A stretch of 13,479 nt of DNA, from the NCBI RefSeq assembly GCF_006345805.1, contig NW_021826129.1, positions 1 through 13,479 on the forward strand, written 5' to 3'. Shown here one piece after another: positions 8,870 through 13,479 of the stretch. The stretch comes from Octopus sinensis (Eukaryota). The translations under genes were made by a program, and so were the position numbers. Within the stretch, counting starts at the first letter, position 1, and every line of letters starts with the position of its first letter. A model generated the notes under the pieces. The model was not told the origin of the DNA. It did no database searches and was given only the letters and a program-made list of their open reading frames with translations.

Positions 8870-9231
8870 ACAGGCAAGCACACACTCATTCACACATACA
8901 CGTATGCACACACACACACACACACACACGCACACACTAAAATATACACACGCTTACACGCACCCACTCCTGGACGCAGACACAAACATACACTGTTACA
9001 TATATGCATTTATATATATATATATATATACGAACATAAATTCATGCACATATATGTGTATATTATATATTCATATAATTTTATATATACATATATATAT
9101 ATATATATATTATATATAATATATTGCATATTGTATATATTTCTGTGTGTGTATGTGTATCTGTATACACATGCACATCTATATTCAGATATTTATATAG
9201 GTGTGTTTATACAGTACAGACAAATATGTAC

Positions 9232-9281
<50 letters not shown>

Positions 9282-9469
9282 ATATATACATATATATACA
9301 TATATATACATATATATGTATATAGGTAGATACATACATATATTCATACGTGCGTACACACAAACATGCATTTATATAGACATACACACATTTATATATA
9401 TATGTGTATGTAAATATATATGTATATATATATAATTTCATATATATATATACATACATATATATACAG

Positions 9470-9501
<32 letters not shown>

Positions 9502-9620
9502 TCATACACAAACAACAAATACATATATATATGTGTGTAGATGTGCGTATGTATGTGTATAAAATAAAGACATACATACGAATATGTATGTATGTATGTA
9601 TGGATGTATGTGTGTATAAT
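8212..9620. repeat. Extended mosaic of (TG)n/(CA)n/(TA)n/(CT)n microsatellites with short unique islands
   Basis: Directly visible; (CT)n at about 8833-8865 and (CA)n at about 8905-8937. Confidence 0.9.
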
Positions 9621-9990
9621 CATGGCAGCCATTTGCTTCTATAAATGTCGCGCGTGACTTCGGAGAGATTTGCTCTCTCCCGCTATGAATTGTGGGAGAT
9701 GAGAATTACCAACAGTGGCTGCACTTAATTTAGATAATCTTGGTCGACTGAATTTGTTGATGAAATACGTCACCTTGCGTCTCTGTATCTGTCGGTCAGT
9801 TTGTCACTATGTCGGATGATCTGTCCGCTTAAACTTCTCTATTGTTTTCTTACATAATTCTTTAATGTGTGTGTGTGTATATGTGTGTATATTTATATAT
9901 GTGTGTATAAGAATGTATGAATGCTTATGTATATTCATACATATGCATGTGTGCATACATACACATATATGTATATGTATATGTATATAT

Positions 9991-10203
9991 ACTCTTTTAC
10001 TCTTTTACATGTTTCAGTCATTTGACTGCGGCCATGCTGCAGCACCGCCTTTAGTCGAGCAAATCGACCCCGGGACTTATTCTTTCTAAGCCCAGTACTT
10101 ATTCTATCGGTCTCTTTTGCCGAACCGCTAAGTGACTGGGACGTAAACACACCAGCATCGGTTGTCAAGCAATGCTAGGGGGACAAACCCAGACACACAA
10201 ACA

Positions 10204-10256
<53 letters not shown>

Positions 10257-10274
10257 ATATATATATATATGTAT

Positions 10275-10335
<61 letters not shown>

Positions 10336-10498
10336 TACGACAAGCTTCTTTCAGTTTCCGTCTACCAAATCCACTCAAAATGCATTGGTCGGTCCGGGCT
10401 ATAGCAGAAGACACTTGCCCAAGATGCCACGCAGTGGGACTGAATCCGGAACCATGTGGTTGGTTGCAAGCTACTTACCACACAGCCACTCCTGCGCC
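9991..10498 (-). mobile_element. Full-length composite tRNA-derived SINE with internal (TA)n microsatellite
   Basis: Minus strand: GGCGCAGGAG head, A-box TGGCTGTGTGG (10478-10488), B-box-like GGATTCAGTCCC (10436-10447), body to about 10338, (TA)n 10206-10337, conserved 3' part, tail (GTAAAAGA)x2 at about 9992-10008. Homologous copies at 815-1219, 1423-1504 and 13352-13479. Confidence 0.9.
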
Positions 10499-10560
10499 TA
10501 TATATATATATGTTATATATATATATATTTTATGTGCATATATATACATATATATATATG

Positions 10561-10592
<32 letters not shown>

Positions 10593-10598
10593 TATTAT

Positions 10599-10647
<49 letters not shown>

Positions 10648-10660
10648 TATATATATAATA
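10499..10660. repeat. (TA)n/(TATG)n microsatellite
   Basis: Directly visible; lies between two divergently oriented SINE heads. Confidence 0.95.
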
Positions 10661-10682
10661 TAGGTATAGGTATCGTACCGGT

Positions 10683-10952
10683 GGAGACGCATGTGGTTTA
10701 GTGGTTAGAGTGTTGCAGTCATGCACTCGTGAGAGTGAGAGTGTGGTCTCGATTCCGGGAGCGGTGATGTGCTGGGGTCGTCGTGAGCAAGGCACCTCAT
10801 TTCAAGTTGGTCCAGTCCACTTAGCCGTAAAATATAAGTAATCCTGCAACAGACTGACGTCCTTTCCAATGCGGATGATAGAATATGCACAACAAAATCC
10901 GGAAGACTCACATTGTATGCCCGTGGCTCGAGAGAGACCTTTGATTTTTTTC
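10683..10952 (+). mobile_element. Diverged tRNA-derived SINE
   Basis: A-box TGGTTTAGTGG (10694-10704), B-box-like GGTCTCGATTCC (10745-10756), followed by a gagcaaggcacctcatttc...cagtccacttagccgtaaaa central-domain-like block and a T-rich end. Confidence 0.75.
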
Positions 10953-11009
10953 TTCTTTATCATATAATAAATATATTATGCACATATTAATAAATGAACA
11001 TATATATAT

Positions 11010-11054
<45 letters not shown>

Positions 11055-11337
11055 TATATATATACAGGAATATATAAGTATCCATATATGTAAGATATAT
11101 TGGTGTGTGTGCGGTGTAAATATGTATATATTTACATATATCACATGCATATATATAATATATAATATATATATATATGATTTATGTGTGTATGTATATG
11201 TATATTCAAATTATGCAGTAGATGTAGCTGTTTAGAAAAATTATAAAATATAATATGCATGTTGTATATTTGTAGTTAAACACCATGGAGCTGCTACTTT
11301 TTATCAAGAAAAATCCTTTTAATAGACGTATGGTATT

Positions 11338-11340
<3 letters not shown>

Positions 11341-11417
<77 letters not shown>
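11341..11417. repeat. Perfect (AT)n microsatellite
   Basis: Uninterrupted AT dinucleotide run. Confidence 0.98.
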
Positions 11418-11418
<1 letters not shown>

Positions 11419-11997
11419 CAGACGGAGACGGCTATATACAACAAACTGATGTATTAGTTCAACGCTCGAGAAATGAGAAGGTCTTCTATGTTTCGAGCCT
11501 ACGCTCTTCGACAAAAAGGAACACAGAAATAAACAGGCAGAGAAAATAGAGAAAGGTTTAGTGGCTAGCTATCGATCATGGGAATGCTAGACAGTGGCCT
11601 CTGACCACCACCGTGAGAACATCGTTGTCTTCGTCTGCCGATAAAGGCATTTTTTCCAAATACGCCAGCTAAACTTGTTGTACTGTTTATTAGTCGTAAG
11701 ACACCCGCTGTTTTTGTCCTGTTTTTACCATTATTGTTTTTGTATTTTATATTCGTGTGGCATCGTCCGTTTTTCTCTCCCTGTTTCGTATACATTCGAT
11801 CCTTCTTCCAAGAAATCTAATGCTCGTAGCTTAGTTTTTCCTTGGGGCTGGCCGGATCGGAGCGATCTCAAGATTAATCATCCGAAATTGCTAGGATGAT
11901 CCGGTTCTTGACTGAAGATTGAAGGCTTCGAATGTCCCGTCCGTGTTTTTGTATTGTCTTCTAAATGTTTACGTTCTTGTCCCAGTTTGTATTTTTC
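11418..11997. mobile_element. ~580-bp non-coding element flanked on both sides by (TA)n, with a decayed hammerhead-like motif
   Basis: Sharp boundaries against (TA)n at 11417 and 11998. Minus strand 11482-11520 reads tccttt TTGTCGA a GAGC gtag GCTC GAAAC ata gaaga. A-rich left half and T-rich right half. Confidence 0.55.
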
Positions 11998-12024
11998 ATA
12001 TAATATAATATATATATATATATA

Positions 12025-12118
<94 letters not shown>

Positions 12119-12126
12119 ATATTATA
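11998..12126. repeat. (TA)n microsatellite
   Basis: Directly visible. Confidence 0.96.
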
Positions 12127-12383
12127 CACTTCAGGACTAGGTAAATGAAATCACCCTAGAATTATATATATATTTATTTATTTACTTATTTATCTTTTAG
12201 ATTAGTTTATGGTAACGTCAGGAGTCTACAAATAAAGCTCCTGTTTCATTATGCCGTTTACCATCTAATGTAAGTCAGTCTTTCGGGGTTGCATCATAGT
12301 TATACTGATATAATGTAGAATAAATATAATAACAATAATTCTAGGATGGAATTATTGTTATTTTTGTATACACACACACACAC

Positions 12384-12846
12384 TTTAGCCTCGACAGATT
12401 ATATACAAATATACTGGTTGCAAAATGTTCAAGCGCGTAAATGAATGCGGCTTAGCATTCTGCTTTTCTGATAATATACACTTCTTTGCATGAGTATGTC
12501 ATATATTGAAAGGAGAAACAGGAAGAATCTCAAAGCAAAATTAAGTTGCTTATGTAGATATGTTAGAGGTATTGTTTGGGTAAACAATGAAAACCTAATG
12601 TAAACTTTTTCAGCAGACAACAGCGTTTCGACAGATAACAGCAAAATTTTTTTTTTTAATTTCAATTCAAATCGTACAAGTGTCCACGAAACCACATTTT
12701 ATTGAAAATAATCAAAAATGAATTGTTTTCAATAATTAGAAATCTACAATTTTGAGGTACTACCAACAGCTTCCACAATAAACTGAATAAACACATAATC
12801 GAGATAAAAGAAACAGTATATTTGTATGTAATCTGTCGAGGCTAAA
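12384..12846. mobile_element. MITE / non-autonomous DNA transposon with 33-bp terminal inverted repeats
   Basis: 12384-12416 tttagcctcgacagattatatacaaatatactg versus 12814-12846 cagtatatttgtatgtaatctgtcgaggctaaa: reverse complements with one mismatch. AT-rich non-coding interior. No clear TSD. Confidence 0.85.
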
Positions 12847-13351
12847 TATTTATACCAAATAAATTACTATACTTATTAGTGTTATTTATCTAACGCAATT
12901 AGCAACAACAACAGAAAATCTACTAAAATATCATTAACATAACCAACAGACAGCAGAAAATCAGTGTCTAATTGAACATAGACAACATAATACAACGGCT
13001 TTCCCCTTCAGACTCCATACCTAACGTTTAAGAACCATAAGTATTACTTCCAGCCAGGAAATCAATATTTAGTTTGTTCCCTCCAAAGTGATAATGGGGA
13101 CGAAATGATGCTGTGTATGGTTACGTCTGAAAAGAAAAATTTAAGATCTTTGAAATGAGTAGAGAAACATGTCGTGTATATTCTGTGCATCTTTGTTACC
13201 CTTCGATTTAAATTCAAACTTCTGACCACTCCGTGATTAATCTAGAAGTGATTATCGCCCTTAGAGCAATTGCCACCAGGCCATACCACGTGTTCAAAAC
13301 GTTTTTTTCTTTTTAATTTACGTGATTTAATAATTACATATATAACACGTA

Positions 13352-13479
13352 TTCTTTTACTCTGTTTCTTGTTTCAGTCATTTGACTGTGGCCATGCTGG
13401 AGCACCGCCTTTAGTCGAGCGAATCGACCCCAGGACTGATTGTTTGCAAGCCTAGTACTTATTCTATCGGTCTGTTTTG
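13352..13479 (-). mobile_element. 3' end of composite SINE, cut by window edge
   Basis: tgtttcagtcatttgactgtggccatgctggagcaccgcctttagtcgagc...agtacttattctatcggtct is near-identical to 10010-10120. Confidence 0.92.

Noticed and set aside
10683-10760. tRNA gene (also 10430-10498 and 1740-1830)
   Set aside because: A and B boxes are present but there is no intact cloverleaf, and each continues into a SINE body.
11905-11942. CTGAAGA...GAATGTC as another hammerhead
   Set aside because: No GAAA core and no viable stem II loop.

Overview
AT-rich, microsatellite-saturated eukaryotic (animal) non-coding DNA. The repeat landscape of (TA)n/(CA)n/(AGAT)n/(GAT)n tracts plus several tRNA-derived SINE families looks to me like an octopus/cephalopod genome; this is inference from recalled repeat families, not a database result. 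Almost all listed ORFs are microsatellite artefacts. Supported content: a possible minus-strand Thr/Asn-rich coding exon running off the left edge, about seven SINE copies or fragments, a decayed Tc1/mariner transposase N-terminus, a MITE with 33-bp TIRs, and several elements embedded in (TA)n. The highlight is a ~425-bp foldback (about 6673-7099) inside a (TA)n tract, with a minimal type I hammerhead ribozyme motif in each arm, one per strand, around a stuttered spacer. Further decayed hammerhead-like motifs occur near 5439-5467, 7780-7788 and 11482-11520, suggesting non-autonomous Penelope-like, ribozyme-bearing elements associated with microsatellites.
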